DNA of 64,000 nucleotides, from positions 2,418,001-2,482,000 of the forward strand of contig OZ287071.1 of assembly GCA_965645245.1 (NCBI GenBank). The letters run 5' to 3'. The notes under the pieces were generated by a model. The model saw only the letters and a list, made by a program, of their open reading frames with translations. It was not told the origin of the DNA and made no database searches. The translations under genes were made by a program, and so were the position numbers. This document shows positions 38,872 to 51,858 of this stretch, in pieces. Numbering within the stretch: position 1 is the first letter of the stretch; each line of letters opens with the position of its first letter. The stretch comes from Massalongia carnosa (taxonomy: Eukaryota).

Positions 38872-39693
38872 TTATTGAAGTGCATATGCAGCATAGGTGC
38901 AAACGGTACCCTTGAGCAGCTGAGCGCCCGACTGAGGGACAGATTTGTCAGATTTCAAGCCTCCTGCGGATGAGGACATTTCCTGCTGAGAGCGACTCAC
39001 GGTAATGAAAGTACAGCACCAATCGTTCAACCAAGACATACATAGAGAAAATCCCAAAGCATCTTTACGTGCACATCATTAGCTTTCATGACGCTTAGGC
39101 TAAAAAGGGAGCGTACAATCGATACACTGATAGACGAATGTACATGTTCTATCGGCGCAGTCTTTCATCGGGCCCATGCAGCAAACACGGTGCGGTTGAG
39201 GAGCCCGGCAGTATTTATTCTCGATTTCCTCATGCGATTTCGCATAGGTCCTGACTTCATCGGTTCCTGCTTCTCGTTCGTCGTCAGAGTCAGCAGAGTC
39301 ATTGCCAAAGTCCGCTGTACATTCCGCAGGCTCTCTCGGTGTTGACTTGGTATTCGTCTTGATGCTACTGGAGCCGCATGGGTTGTTGGTATTTCTTGCG
39401 TCTGTAAATGGCGATAAGGGCTGCGAGCCAGCTAGGACTGTATTTTCTGAAATGGCCGGAAATGTGTTAACCTGATCACCAATCCCTGCTCGCTCTAGGT
39501 TCAGACCGTCTGAACTGAACAGAGAACCTGCATCCATGGGCTCAGCTGAAGATATTTGAGATACGCTAGACTTGTCAGAGCCATCGGCTAAGGTTAAGTC
39601 ATGGAAAGCCGAATCAAGTGAAAACTCTGGTAAAGGATTGGCAACTGTGATGCAAGCAACCGAAAAGATAAGAATATAGCAAAAGCGCATCAT
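38872..39693 (-). CDS. Secreted protein with low-complexity linker and Cys-rich C-terminal domain (effector-like), three exons
   Basis: Signal peptide MMRFCYILIFSVACITVA; YCRAPQPHRVCCMG..DC..TC..QCID spliced to YALGFSLCMSWLNDWCCTFIT and SGAQLLKGTVCTYAAYALQ*; introns start GTACGC and GTGAGT with branch sites. Confidence 0.7.
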
Positions 39694-40229
39694 GATATTG
39701 AAGGAAATCAATGCAAAGGTGTCATAGTAGATTATTCGTTATTGCGCTCAATTCTTTGTGACGAGGTTCGTAAAGTTGAAGATATACAGAGAGAAGAAGA
39801 AAACGCTATCACGGAAAAATAAATAATTCGCGCAGACTGCCTCATGGAGCGTCCAGAGCTGAACGGAGATGGATCGCCCTCGCGCTTCATCGACACTCCC
39901 TTTCGGATTGAAGTTTCTTCATGTGCAAGACGCATGTGAAATTGACTTTGAGCCTACTACCCGTTGACCTATCATACATGATATCAATGTAAGAGCAGAC
40001 AGGTCGCGGGTATGGAGATTACGTGATTCCAGCATGATCTACTGGTAGAGCTTCGAACTCCTTAGTCGACTTTGCAAGCCGAACTTTAAGCTTTTAAATG
40101 CGGGCGCATAAAAAATAAGCGATCAGCACTCCTACAGTCCCGTGTCAAAAGTTTCCGACTCTACCCGCGATTTTCGTGATTTCGCGTTTTAAACTACCAA
40201 CCCATCAACTTTGACCTTATCATTTCACC

Positions 40230-41313
40230 ATGCCACGCACTCCGTTGACTTCAGTTTCTGGAAATAAGCCTCGTAATACCGAATTGAATCAATGTCAAAG
40301 AGGTATGATTATTGGAGCCCAGGCGTTGGGGCATGCACCGGCCGAAATTGCAAAGACATTAAATGTGCCTCGAACCACCGTCATTTACACTCTTCAAAAG
40401 CACCCAGAACGCAACAACGAAAACTCCAAATCGCGATCGGGTCGGCCTAGAATATTTTCGAACTGCGATCGAAGACGTATCATCAAACTTGCACGAATCA
40501 ATCCACGCATCACCTACGCGCAGCTGCGTATGGAGGTTGAGGTGCAATGTAGTCGATCCACTCTCTATCGGACGCTCAAAGACTATGGTCTAACAAACTG
40601 GCTGGCCAAAAAGCGACCTTTTATTGACGCCCGAGGTGGCAAAGAAGAGGCTAGACTAGTGCTTGCTTCGGCGTGAGTGGACTTTTGAGCAGTGGTCAAA
40701 AATAATATGGTCAGACGAGTGCTCGGTGGAAAAGGGGTCGGGAAAACAGCGTCAATGGGTTTTCAGGTTTCCGGACGAAAAATGGAAAAAACCTATGATA
40801 CAACCGTACGGCAAAGGAAAAGAGGTCAAGGTCATGGTATGGGGGGCTTTTTGGGGGGGGAGGTCGGATCTTTACAAATTGGCCCGCGATTTCGAGGCAA
40901 AGAAGATGGGTAACTCCGCGAATTCATATTTGGAATTATTGAACGATAATCTGCTTGGAATTTGGGAACCAGGTCTCATTTTCATGCAGGATAATGCCCC
41001 CATTCACACTGCCAAAAAGGTGAATAAATGGTTCGATGAAAACGGTATAACAGTCATCGATTGGCCCCCTTATTCCCTTAATTTGAATCCCATCGAGCAC
41101 GTTTGGTACGTGCTCAAGAAGCTCGTCTACCAGGTCAATCCGGACATCGACTCAGTGACTGGTAGTGATGATAGGGTCCGCGAAGTACTTTGGAAAGCTT
41201 TGGAAGAAGCATGGGCCTTGATAGATGAGGAAATGCTGAAGAGTTTAGTAGACAGCATGGAAAGGAGGATTGAAGCTTGCATCCAGTCAAAAGGATGGTA
41301 TACGAAATATTAA
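40230..41313 (+). pseudogene. Tc1-like DD34E transposase with frameshift and stop near 40620-40660
   Basis: HTH with RSGRP in ORF 40230-40676; WSDE, FMQDNAPIH, LNPIEH in ORF 40663-41313; extra T in a T-run and TAG at the expected Trp. Confidence 0.9.
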
Positions 41314-41394
41314 AAATATATTTCTCAGCCCAACTTGCTATAATGTATGTAATCGTCGTACGAAGTTTCAAGACATCAAAATAACAACTTGATA

Positions 41395-43757
41395 ATCGTC
41401 GGCTAGTCTCTCGCTTACCTCGGCCGACTCGAGGCGTTCGCCTCTAGTCGGGGAAAGCAAAGTTCGGCGGAAAGCAAAGTTCGTCTTTTCGCAATTTTAT
41501 TTCCATTCCATCAACACGACGCATTTGACTACATCAACTATTTCATTATTGATCATCATCATAATCATGAATTGTAATGATACTGTCACGCGTCTGAATG
41601 ATGCTAAGCTGTTTCTAATAGAAAATCCACTTGAAAGCAAGATATACGCTGCTCGCATATTTGACATTCCTCGTACCACTTTATAAAGTTCACTTGCTCA
41701 AAACAGCGCGTCGAATCAAGTCGAGAAGAGAGGAGGACATAATAAGATATTGGAGAAGCATCAGATCAAGGCAATACATGAGTTCATTCGCTCGTTACTT
41801 ACATATGGTGTTCAACCGACGCATGAACTGATATTCAACGCGATCAAGAGTCTGAAGCGAAGTCAGAATGTTGATTATAAAGGTCCTACTAAGCGATGGT
41901 TTAGAACATAGTAGAAATCCAACCATTTATATAAGATTAAGACTAAACCGCTAGCAGTCGTTCGCTATACGGCGGGACAAGTAAAGGATGTTGAAGCATG
42001 GTTCGCCGATTATCGGGTGGTTCTTCGAGAGCTGAATATGAAGAATAAACGAAATATCATCAATTTTGATGAGGCTGGTTCTCGAGTTGGCTGCATGAAG
42101 GGACATTGGTTCCAACAGACGTAAAGGAGTATTATTCTATTAGTCCTGAGAATAGAAAATCTATCACCATTTTCGAGAATATAAACGCCGCCGGTGATTA
42201 TCCGCCACCTCCTTTACTTGTCATACAAGGTCATGATATGATGAGCAATTGGTTTGCAGATGAACTGCCTAAAGGAACTCGAATTGTTTCGTCAGAAAAT
42301 GGATTCAAATCGGATAAAATAGCGACTGCATATCTGCAACATTACATTGAAAATTCTGATGCAGGATCTGAGAGTAGTTGGAAGTTGATGGTCATGGATA
42401 ATCACGGAAGTCATGTTACTCCTGAATTCATCAAGCTTGCCAATGAAAACTGGATTCGTCCTTATCCTTTGATACCACACTTGACGCATTGTATGCAACC
42501 GCTTGATGTAGGAGTGTTTCAACCTTATAAACATTGGCATGATGTGGCTATTCAAGATGCGATTGCGGAGTTCAATGTAGAGTATACAATAACTCGATTT
42601 TGTCAAGATCTCACCAAATACGAGATAACACATTCAAGAAATCCAGTATTCAATCTGCCTTTGAAATCTAGAATGTGGCCTATTAATGAAAAGAAATGCA
42701 CTGAACAGCTAAAGAAGTTTGTACCTTCGCAAAGTGAGAATAATTCTTCTTCTTTTCCAACATCATCTCTCCCAACCTTGCCACGAGTTCAACCTAAAAC
42801 GTTTGATGATGTTGAAAGAGGATTACTTGAATGGCTACCCAAAATTCGCGATAATACACAATGGAGTGATCCAGTCTGGGAACAGGAGTTAGAGGAATTC
42901 GTGAGTAATACGAAGGAAGTTGTTGCCAACTCGACGCTTACGAAATTCGAACTATCACTTCATCAAGAGCGAAGAAGCAATGAATTACTACAGAGAGCAA
43001 CTTCTCGCAAGCGATTAAGACCTAATTACTCGACAGACGGAGGATTAGGACTCACGAAGGAGGATGCGCAACGAGCAATTGTTGAAAGACAGCAAAAAGA
43101 TAAGCAGATAGAAAAGAAACGAGAGCACAACAACTTCATGAGAATATGGCGAATGAAAAGAGATAGTGTACATGCGGAAGGTGTTATCGCTCGAAAGAAT
43201 GAAAGATCAGAATAAAACATATCAAAGACCTCGCAAAACAGGGAATTAGCATATCCGATAAAATGTTAACTCCAATTGATGATCCTGAGGCCATTTGGAA
43301 GGCGAGCGACATTACTTGGCAGACGGAAGAGACCAAAACAAAGACGAAGAAAGGAGTAAAAGATACTCATATATTCAATAATGAAGAGGAAGAGACAGAG
43401 ACTACCTTTATCATGGATACTGTAGGTGATCAAAATCTACGATTTATAGGTGAAGGTGATTCTATTCGTCTACAAAAAGACTTCATTGCCTTTGAAATGG
43501 AAGAGGAAGTAGGCGACGATGTCGACGACAGCGACGAGGATGATGTTCAGGAGCAGTTGGGTTATTATTAGTATAACTACTATCATAACAGTTTTCATGC
43601 TTGATCTTTGTAGAAAAAAATTCCCATCGTTAATTGATTGATTTTTTGCGTGTAAAAGTTGAAAAGACGAACTTTGCTTTCCGCCGAACTTTGCTATCCC
43701 CGACTAGAGGCGAACGCCTCGAGTCGGCACGAGGTAAGCGAGAGACTAGCCGACGAT
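41395..43757 (+). mobile_element. pogo/Fot1-type DNA transposon with ~96-bp TIRs and TA target duplication
   Basis: TIRs 41395-41490 and 43661-43757 (ATCGTCGGCTAGTCTCTCGC...), near-perfect, with internal AAAGCAAAGTTCG repeats; TA at 41393-41394 and 43758-43759. Confidence 0.93.
41567..43571 (+). pseudogene. pogo/Fot1 transposase (DD35D), disrupted
   Basis: AARIFDIPRTTL (HTH), NFDEAG, MDNHGSH, THCMQPLDVG; in-frame stops and frameshifts. Confidence 0.9.
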
Positions 43758-45366
43758 TAGTTGATAATTCAAAGCAGTGGGGGGTAACTTTTGACCTAGT
43801 ACTGTATCTATCTACCTCATTTCGCCACAGTTTCTTTGCATTTACATCATGTTTGTGTCTCATGATTTGTCTGATGTTTTTTATTACAATTATGATAAGG
43901 GTTGCAAAGAGGAGTACCAGTATCACAGAGTATACTGTTAATAAAATATGTGAATACCGTGAAGGATCAGATGGATTATTTTCATTAACTAGTGCCTGGT
44001 ATGTTCACTTATCTTTTGTTTTCACTTTTGGGTGATGCTATCACTGAATCATCGGAAATGGAATACACATGACAACATAAAAATAAATGAACAAAACAGT
44101 CACGTTATATCAACTACATAAAATAACGATTAAATTGACTATTTAACTAACTAGCTAACTAGCTGGAAACGAAGGTGTTGAAAGATTGACTCGACACAAC
44201 CATCATCCCATACCATACCCAACGCTTTCTTTCCTTCTCAGCCCCGATTTCCCCTCCCTCCCCAATTCTTTCCCAGCTCCCCACCCATAAACGTCTCCTA
44301 CCATCTTTCTCTAACGGATTCGTGGGTAGGTTGTGGAGAAGAACAATAAAGAATCCCCACAGAAAGAGAATGAGAATAAACCCCCCAAAAAGAGAGAGGT
44401 CGCTGCTGATGAAAAAGGGTAGATAGGTATTTGGCTACCGAACGAGACAAGGAGGAAAGAGAAGGGGGATGTAGATCGACAAAATCCCGACAAACAGTCA
44501 TCATTACAGGCAGGATAACAGACCAAAAAATCGAACAAAATCGAACAAAAGTAGCCACAACAAAGGAATCAAACAAAGGAAAAACCCTCCAGGTTCACCC
44601 CCGGAAGTGCGCGCTCTGCGAATCAACTACTTTAGAGAAAGGGAAAGTCCTCGAAAAGAGAGGGGGGTTCCGTTGGGGGAGGGCGGGATTTTTGAAATGT
44701 TGGTAGGTATGTATTTATTGACTGGCCGCGTGAGGCAAGTAGTTAGGCCCATTGGCCATTTTCATTTCCGTTTCTGTAGGAGAAAATAAAAGCTTCAAAC
44801 TCTTAAAAACGGATGGGAAATCGAGCGGATAGGATTCTCTCCGCTCACGTGGCTCGAACGTAAGGCTCCTGGGATGAGAAATGGATTAGGGGGGAGAACC
44901 TGCTAAGATAAAATCGGGTGTTTCGGGAGCAGTGGAAGCGGGGGAGATGGAGTAAAGATCAGCAGACTAGAGATGTTCCCAATCATGCTTCAACCACACT
45001 TGTTGACTACTCGTAGTAAACACCGTTTTCTCATTTCTATCTAGCTCATACGTAATCTATCGATAAAAATAACCTTAACCCATGAGTATGATCAAATGAA
45101 GGCAAAAAAGGTGCTTGACCAGCCCGTTATCGAGAACTCAACTACCACTATAACAATCTTGACCTTTCACGGTAAAATTTCGCGCCGGCGCAGAGGCTCA
45201 TTGTATCACCCCCAGAAAAAAGAGAGCAACGCCCAAAGCTCTATGGTAGAAACACCCCAAGATACTTCGCACTTTTCTGGCTCCAAAGCATTGACCGGCC
45301 ATGTAGGACTTTCGGGGCTGCGGCATGGGAGGTTTCGGTGCTGTCGGTCTGGTTTTCGGTGCGATC

Positions 45367-46531
45367 TCAGGCCTTTCCCTTGATCTTGAGAGCTTTCTCA
45401 CGAGCCACAACGGCTTTCGCCGTGGCCTCATTGGCGATTATTTGGATATCTTTCCCGTAAATAAATTTAAACTAATCATCCCATTTCTGGATGTCTTCCT
45501 CATATTTCTCTTGATCCTCCACGAGGAGCAACGAAAATGTAACATGGGTGTCGTGGGCTTTGTTGTTACGATCCAGTTTAAGCTATATTAAACTCGTTAA
45601 TTTCAGTAAACATTTTTTACGCATGTTGGAAATATGTATAAGAGGACATGTTCATAACGAGATAAGGGAAAACTTACACTTCAAAGGTGTTTTAATGTCT
45701 CCTTATGCCTTGACGCTCCCTTGTTGGTGCCAATCCCCTTCATGAAGGCGTCTTTCATTTGCTGTAGGGTTAAGGTGCCCGCAAGTTGTTCATAGCGATT
45801 GCCTGAGTGGTCTTTGTCGTTTTTGTCCTTGACATCGTCGTTGGCCTGATGTTGTGATAATTTCAGGACTAAATCGATCTTCTTCACAAAATCCAGCAGC
45901 GTATTGAAGCGGTACAACGATAGTGAAGCCTCATCGCGGGCGGCTACTTTGGTTTCCAGTCTCGCGATCCGGGCGTCGGACGTCACCCATTCTACTTTGG
46001 CATCATTAAACCCCGCTCTGGAAGCCTTCAATTCCACCCTGGCAACCTTCAAGTCCCCTCTAGCAACATCCAAGTCCGCTCTGGAAGCATCCATAGCCGC
46101 CATGGAAGCGTTATGCCTCTCCCGCATATCTTTGAAGCTCTTTTCTTGCTCTTCATGTCTGGCTCTCATGGACTATAGCATGGTCAGCTAGCACAGAAAT
46201 ACTCATGGTTTTCATTTCAGACAAACAATACCTTATGTTTTCTGACAATTTTAATGATATCGTCCCCAGGCAGACAAACCGACAAAGCTGATTTCTACGT
46301 CATTGTTTCATCCTGGTGCTGATATGTGGATATGGTATCATCAGAAGGATGGACTTCCGGGACCAAGTAAGCCTGATTTTGTGATATAGGTCCGATAGGA
46401 ATGCAGGCAGATATTTGCAGAGGCAACAACATGTCAGGATCTTTGAGATAGGATTTCGGAGGAAGCTTTCCAAGCCTGGATCCAGGAGTTGGTGAAACTT
46501 GGTCGAAATTCTACGTGGGCTTGCCTGCCAT
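45367..46531 (-). pseudogene. Three-exon coiled-coil gene with RNxxAH (HEPN-like) motif, copy 2; several in-frame stops
   Basis: Exons 46531-46232, 46172-45678, 45582-45367; same intron positions and phases as copy 1 (AAG|TCCATG junction; AG|CTTAA acceptor); RNNKAH at 45570-45553; stops TAG (x2 in exon 1), TGA 45683-45681, TAG 45474-45472. Confidence 0.7.
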
Positions 46532-49325
46532 GATTAGTCTCTTGTGAGGTTTGATAAATTGTTGAATTGAAAGCTTGGAGACGTGCTCGGGTATGAGAAA
46601 GATCGGAGGGATAAGTACTGAGGTGGTGAAAGAAAAGTTGAGAGAGAAAAGAGCGTCATACCTATGGGAGCCCTTTTATATCCTATAGCTTTGTGGTCGT
46701 TGCCGTTCTTGTCAAAAGATGTGATATCCTATGGTTGATTTGGTTATGATTTTGGCATGTTGCTAACAGAAAAGCGGCCTCATCTTTCACGGCTTTCGCT
46801 TCCGGTTCAACTTACGTCCGTTCCGCTCTTTGTTGTTCACTTTGCCTTTCATCATTTTCTTCTGTCATCTTTTGTCTTCAGATCCATCCATCGGCAGGCC
46901 TTTGTGCGTCCCCATTTCTTCATCTCTCTGTCTACTCCCGACTTCTCTAGCCCGCACCTTATCTCTTTAACACTCTGTTTATCTTTTTTCTATCGCAATC
47001 TCGCATTCGAAGCAAAAAGGAACAATAAAATGGTAGAAAGCAATCCTGAGCCGTTCAAGGGGATATGCACGCAAAAGACAAGGGCATAAGATTAAGAGTT
47101 CAGAATGCCTATTTACAAGCACGCTTACTAGTTTAGATTAACAAGTCAGATAGTCTAAGATGAAAATGAAGTGTAAGGTCCATAGGTTCATATCGCCTTA
47201 GAGGAGAGATTCTTGAGACAAGGCTGACCACTTGCGCCATGGAGGAAATCCATTTTTTGAGGCAACAATAGAATTCCCAGCATACATCTTCAATACCTTA
47301 GCTTAGGGCTCTGCTATGAAGCTGCATTTCGATTATCTAAAAACGGCCTTTGAATGCTTTTCCCAACTATTTCTCAAGTCAGCTTTCAAACCACATCTCC
47401 AGTCGTCCTACAAAACGTCTCTCAAGCCATGCTGCCATACATCTCTCAAAGTAGGAGTAAAACAGGTGATGGGGTGATGAAATAGATGAAGTTGAATGCA
47501 ATAAATGGCAGAGTAGAGGATAAAGTAAAGATTTTGTGATTACGTAACTCCTCTTACATCCACAGCGGGCACCATTCACCATCGAGAACACTTTGTTCTC
47601 TGTATGTCACGTGCTACCTAGATGTTAGAATGAAACCTAATGACCATCCTACGCGTTCTTCTCAGTCCTCGCGTCTCACTACCTAACACGATCAAGATGT
47701 AAACTTCCGAGTCAGCAGGTATCTAGCCTAACGTCAATTGCTAGAAAGGATGCCCAGACAATTATACAAGTGATATAGTGAGTTATCGGGTGGGAAAAAA
47801 AACTAGCCGCCTTAGGATATACTTGCCCAAAATTTTCGAGGTGTTGACGTATTGTACAAAGAGAAAAACTAGTCTGTACGGAGTACAATGTGAGTAAAAC
47901 GGGTATTTCGGAAAAGGACTTCGTTAGAATCGTGCAAGAACCGTCTGACCAGCCGCGTCAGTAATCCAGCTTGCGAATAAATCCAGGTACATAAGCTTCG
48001 TGTGCAGAAAGCCCTACTTAGATATCTAGGTAAGGATCTATCAGAAAGATTCGTACACAAGGATCCCTTGCGCTCACTTTCTCTCTCTCTCTCTCTCACT
48101 TTCTTTCTTCCTTCCTTCAATCCCCTCGCTACCTCCAAGACGATCCTATGATCGCAATACCCGCTCCACAGAGCTACCGCTCCGACCAGGTAATCGGTCC
48201 GTTGAAAGGAGGACGGGGGAGCAGGAAGAAGCATATCGGGGGTTGGGGGAGAGTGAAGGGGTTTTGAGAGCGAGAGATGTAGGGAGGAAGGGATGGGGAA
48301 AAATAGGTGGATCGAATGATTGATAGATGGATGAATGAAAGGATAAGTGAGTATATTAAATGAACAAGTGATAAAATAGATTGTAACTAATCAAATAAAT
48401 ACCTAGAGTTTTCTTTTTTAAAAAAACCCCAAAAGAAAGGTACAAAACAAAATACAAGCACAAAATAAGGAAACACAAATCAAGAATGAATAAACAACCT
48501 TCCCCCAAATCATCGCAACCTGGGGGAAGGAGGGGCCGCATGCTTTGTTTCCCATCACCTATCACCTAAAGTCGCCCATTACTCAAACCCACTCAAAAAT
48601 TCCTAAATATGTCATTTAAATCAATATACACACACAAAAAAAAACGTCAAATGAAAAAAAGCAAAAAGTCGGTTTAACACTCCACGGAATGAATAAAAGT
48701 ATATGTAAATGTATGTACACGTAAAAAGATCAAAAATAAATAAATAAAAAAGAGTCCAAGGTAAAAAACGAAAGAAAAAAAAAACAGGCTAGAGTATGTA
48801 AGAGGAAGAGGAGATTTAACGAAACGTACGTATTGTAAAACAACCCGGGTTGTTCTCCGTCTTTGACAAGGAGGTTTGGAGAAAGGTGAAGGGGACGAAA
48901 GGGAGAGTGAAGGAGAGGAAAGTGTTTCTGTTTCTGGGTTTTGGGGAGGGGGGGGGTTGGTAGAGTAACTTATTTATCTATTTGTCGAGGAAAGAAGTTG
49001 TTAAAGCGAGATTAGATAGATATATATATAATTAAGTAGGTAGAGAGAGAGAGAGAGGAGGGGGGGGTTGAGATGTTGATAAGAGATGGGTTTGAGTAAG
49101 TTTTTTTCGAGGCTTTTTTTTTTTTTTCCAGATAAATCAAAGTGAAACCGTGAGCGACGGGTTAAATATACATGATTCCGTAACTCCCTCCATGTCCTGT
49201 CCCGCTCGTTCATTTTCAAGCCATCAATTCCCAACTCTTCTTTCATATAGCCGAGGAAGGATGAATAAAAACAAGAATAAAAGCAAAACTCCCCACAGCT
49301 AAACCCCCCTCCCCCAACCAGAGTT

Positions 49326-50575
49326 TCACCGACCCATGGATTTCCCAATCTTGCTCTCCCACCCGGCCGCGCGCTCGAAGCCGTTGGCGTGGCTCTGGTA
49401 GTCGAGCATGGCTTGGTAGACCTCTTCCTGGGACGTGAGCACAAAGGGGCCGTACTGGACGACCTTTTGGTCCAGGGGCAGGCCGGCGACGAGGACTAGA
49501 GGGGAGAGGGAATGTTAGTGATATTTTTCTTATCTCCTCTTTTTTAAATAAGAAGGAAAAAAATAGATGATAGGAAGATAGACGAAACAGGATGAAACGG
49601 AAAGGGTGTGGAGGGAGACTTACAGAATTGCCCGCTTTCCTTAGCGGTCGTGGGCACTTCGGCCGAGACGGTGTCGCCTTTCTGCTCGAACACGACGTTG
49701 TGGTATTGCCCTACGGTAGTCTTGCCCTCGCCCGTCCCGAACGTGGTCGATCCTCTCAACGTGTACGCGAACGCATTCCACCCCGCTGGGAGTGGCTGCG
49801 TCACTTTGCCTCCGGGCTGAACGGTGATGTCGAAAATCCACACCGGCGTGTACGCCAGCTCTTGCACGCTGTCCGTGCCATGCGACTGGCCGGAGATGAT
49901 CTTGATGCTCACCTTCTTGTCGTCGACCTCGATGGTTGGGATCTCCGATGCGCGCAGATCACGGTATCGCGGCTCGCATTTCTTTAACTTTTCCGGGAGA
50001 TCCACCCACAGCTGCATGCCGACGTTGGCGCTGCCGTCGGGATTCTGCCGCGGCATTTCCGCGTGCATGATGCCCCTCCCCGCCGTCATGAACTGGAGAT
50101 CCCCCGCTTCGATCGTCCCCGAGTTTCCTGCAAAGTCTTCGTGGTCCACAGCCCCCTTGAGCAGGTATGTTATGGTTTCTTGGCCGCGGTGGGGGTGGTC
50201 AGGGAACCCGGCGCCTGGGGCGATGGTGAAGTGGTCGAGCATGAGGAACGGGGAGAAGTTGCGCAGCTTGGGGGTACCGATGGAGCGGCGCACGCGGGCC
50301 CCAGCGCCCTCGGACTGCTCGATGGCGAGGAATGCTTGACGGATGGCACGGGGAATCGACATGTTTGCAGGTTCGACGGGGGCGAAGAAGGCTGGTGGAG
50401 TGAAACGAATGCCGAAGAATGTGGAATTCAGTGTGGTCGTGGCGGGTGTTTGGTTGCGATGCACGGGGACAATGGTGAACGGAATCAACGAGGTGAGGTG
50501 GACGGTGAGAGAAGAATAGTTGTAGAGAGCAATGGCTACAACAGAGATGATGAGAGAAAAAAGGGCGAGCTTCAT
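49326..50575 (-). CDS. Pirin family (bicupin) protein, two exons
   Basis: EGAGARVRRSIG, PFLMLDHF, GFPDHPHRGQETITY, HEDF, GRGIMHAEMP, QLWV; last exon LVAGLPLDQKVVQYGPFV...GFERAAGWESKIG. Confidence 0.93.
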
Positions 50576-51858
50576 GGATATGGGGCGGACGGGGAGACTT
50601 TATCTGTTTTTTTCAACCGACTGGAAGGTTCTTTATCTACAGAAGATTGCACGTTTCCGTTGTTCTAATCGATAGTTGCACCTAGCTGAACATGTTGAGA
50701 CTCGAGGCGATACGGAGATACGAGATAGGAGACAGAGAAAGCGAAAGCGTTAGTCAGTCATGACAACGAGTTTGTCAGAGTGACCACCTCCATGACTGAG
50801 ACGGCATTATTTGCGCGTGTGGCTATCAATCTCTGGTGTGACTTTGAAGTTAGAGTACATTGAATGGATTAGGAGGGATGAGTTGGTTGATTAACAACCA
50901 AATGGTAAGCCTTTGAAGCAACCACGAGCTAACCTAATGTAGTCAACGCCCCAGTGTTCGGCTGTTCAAGATCCTTGTCAGCTAGTGTAGCCCTATCTTT
51001 CAACGTCTCGGTTCGGCATTGTTGCTGATCCTCGAGAGATTCTTACCAAAGCTTATCAATTAACGTGTACTAGTACAAGTCCGTGCGCTGCCACGGTCAG
51101 ATGCGAAGAATCGTTCCAAAGTTTAGGCCACTATCACCTGATAAACGGCCGCAAGCGTCACAGCCCCCTGAATAACCCACCCAAAGGGAGGCAGATTTCT
51201 AGACCTCGACGAAAAAGTCCTCAAACGCATTTGGAACAAAACAATACAGTCCTTCCTTTCATCGAAAGATGATCTGGAGGGATGCGATAGAGTCCACTTT
51301 GGGTTTCTAAAGATGCTTTCTTGATCGAATCTGCCATGCAAAAAGTATGGGACTTATACCTACTTACCTAGTTACTTCATAGAGTATGTAGTTACTTCCG
51401 CGCAGCAGCCTTGGAAGCCAGAACCCCCAAGCGCTTCCAAGCGCCTAATTAGTCAAGGTGGCAGATCGTCCCCCCGATGTTTGCTCGCTCCGTAAGGCTT
51501 AAATATTATTCCCCGCCAATGACAGAGGTCGGGATCGCTGAAGACGCATACCTAACTAGTAGCTCCTGCCCGTTTCTGCTTTGTTCTTCTAATTATGTAT
51601 CAAGACCGCTCAAGGGACCCGCAGGCCGCAGGGGTTGCTAGTTCTGCATGATGGAGGATGTTCGTTGGTGGCCGGTTCGCTGTCTTGCATACTCTAGTGA
51701 TGTCTGTAGTAGGTATTCTGTATAGGTAATCAGGCGGGTAGATAGAGATATCCGATACCCTAGCACGGCATGGGCAGGTCTCTCCAACCAAAGTAGTTAC
51801 GAAATCTCACCGTTGAAGGCGAAGCTTACAATACCATCCACCCGCGAGGTCAGCCCTA

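Larger units (their letters stand above)
40135..43804 (+). mobile_element. Tc1-like (DD34E) transposon, interrupted near its 3' end by a pogo/Fot1 insertion
   Basis: TA|CAGTCCCGTGTCAAAAGTT at left; AACTTTTGACCTAGTACTG|TA at right (imperfect 19-bp TIR); TA on both sides. Confidence 0.8.
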
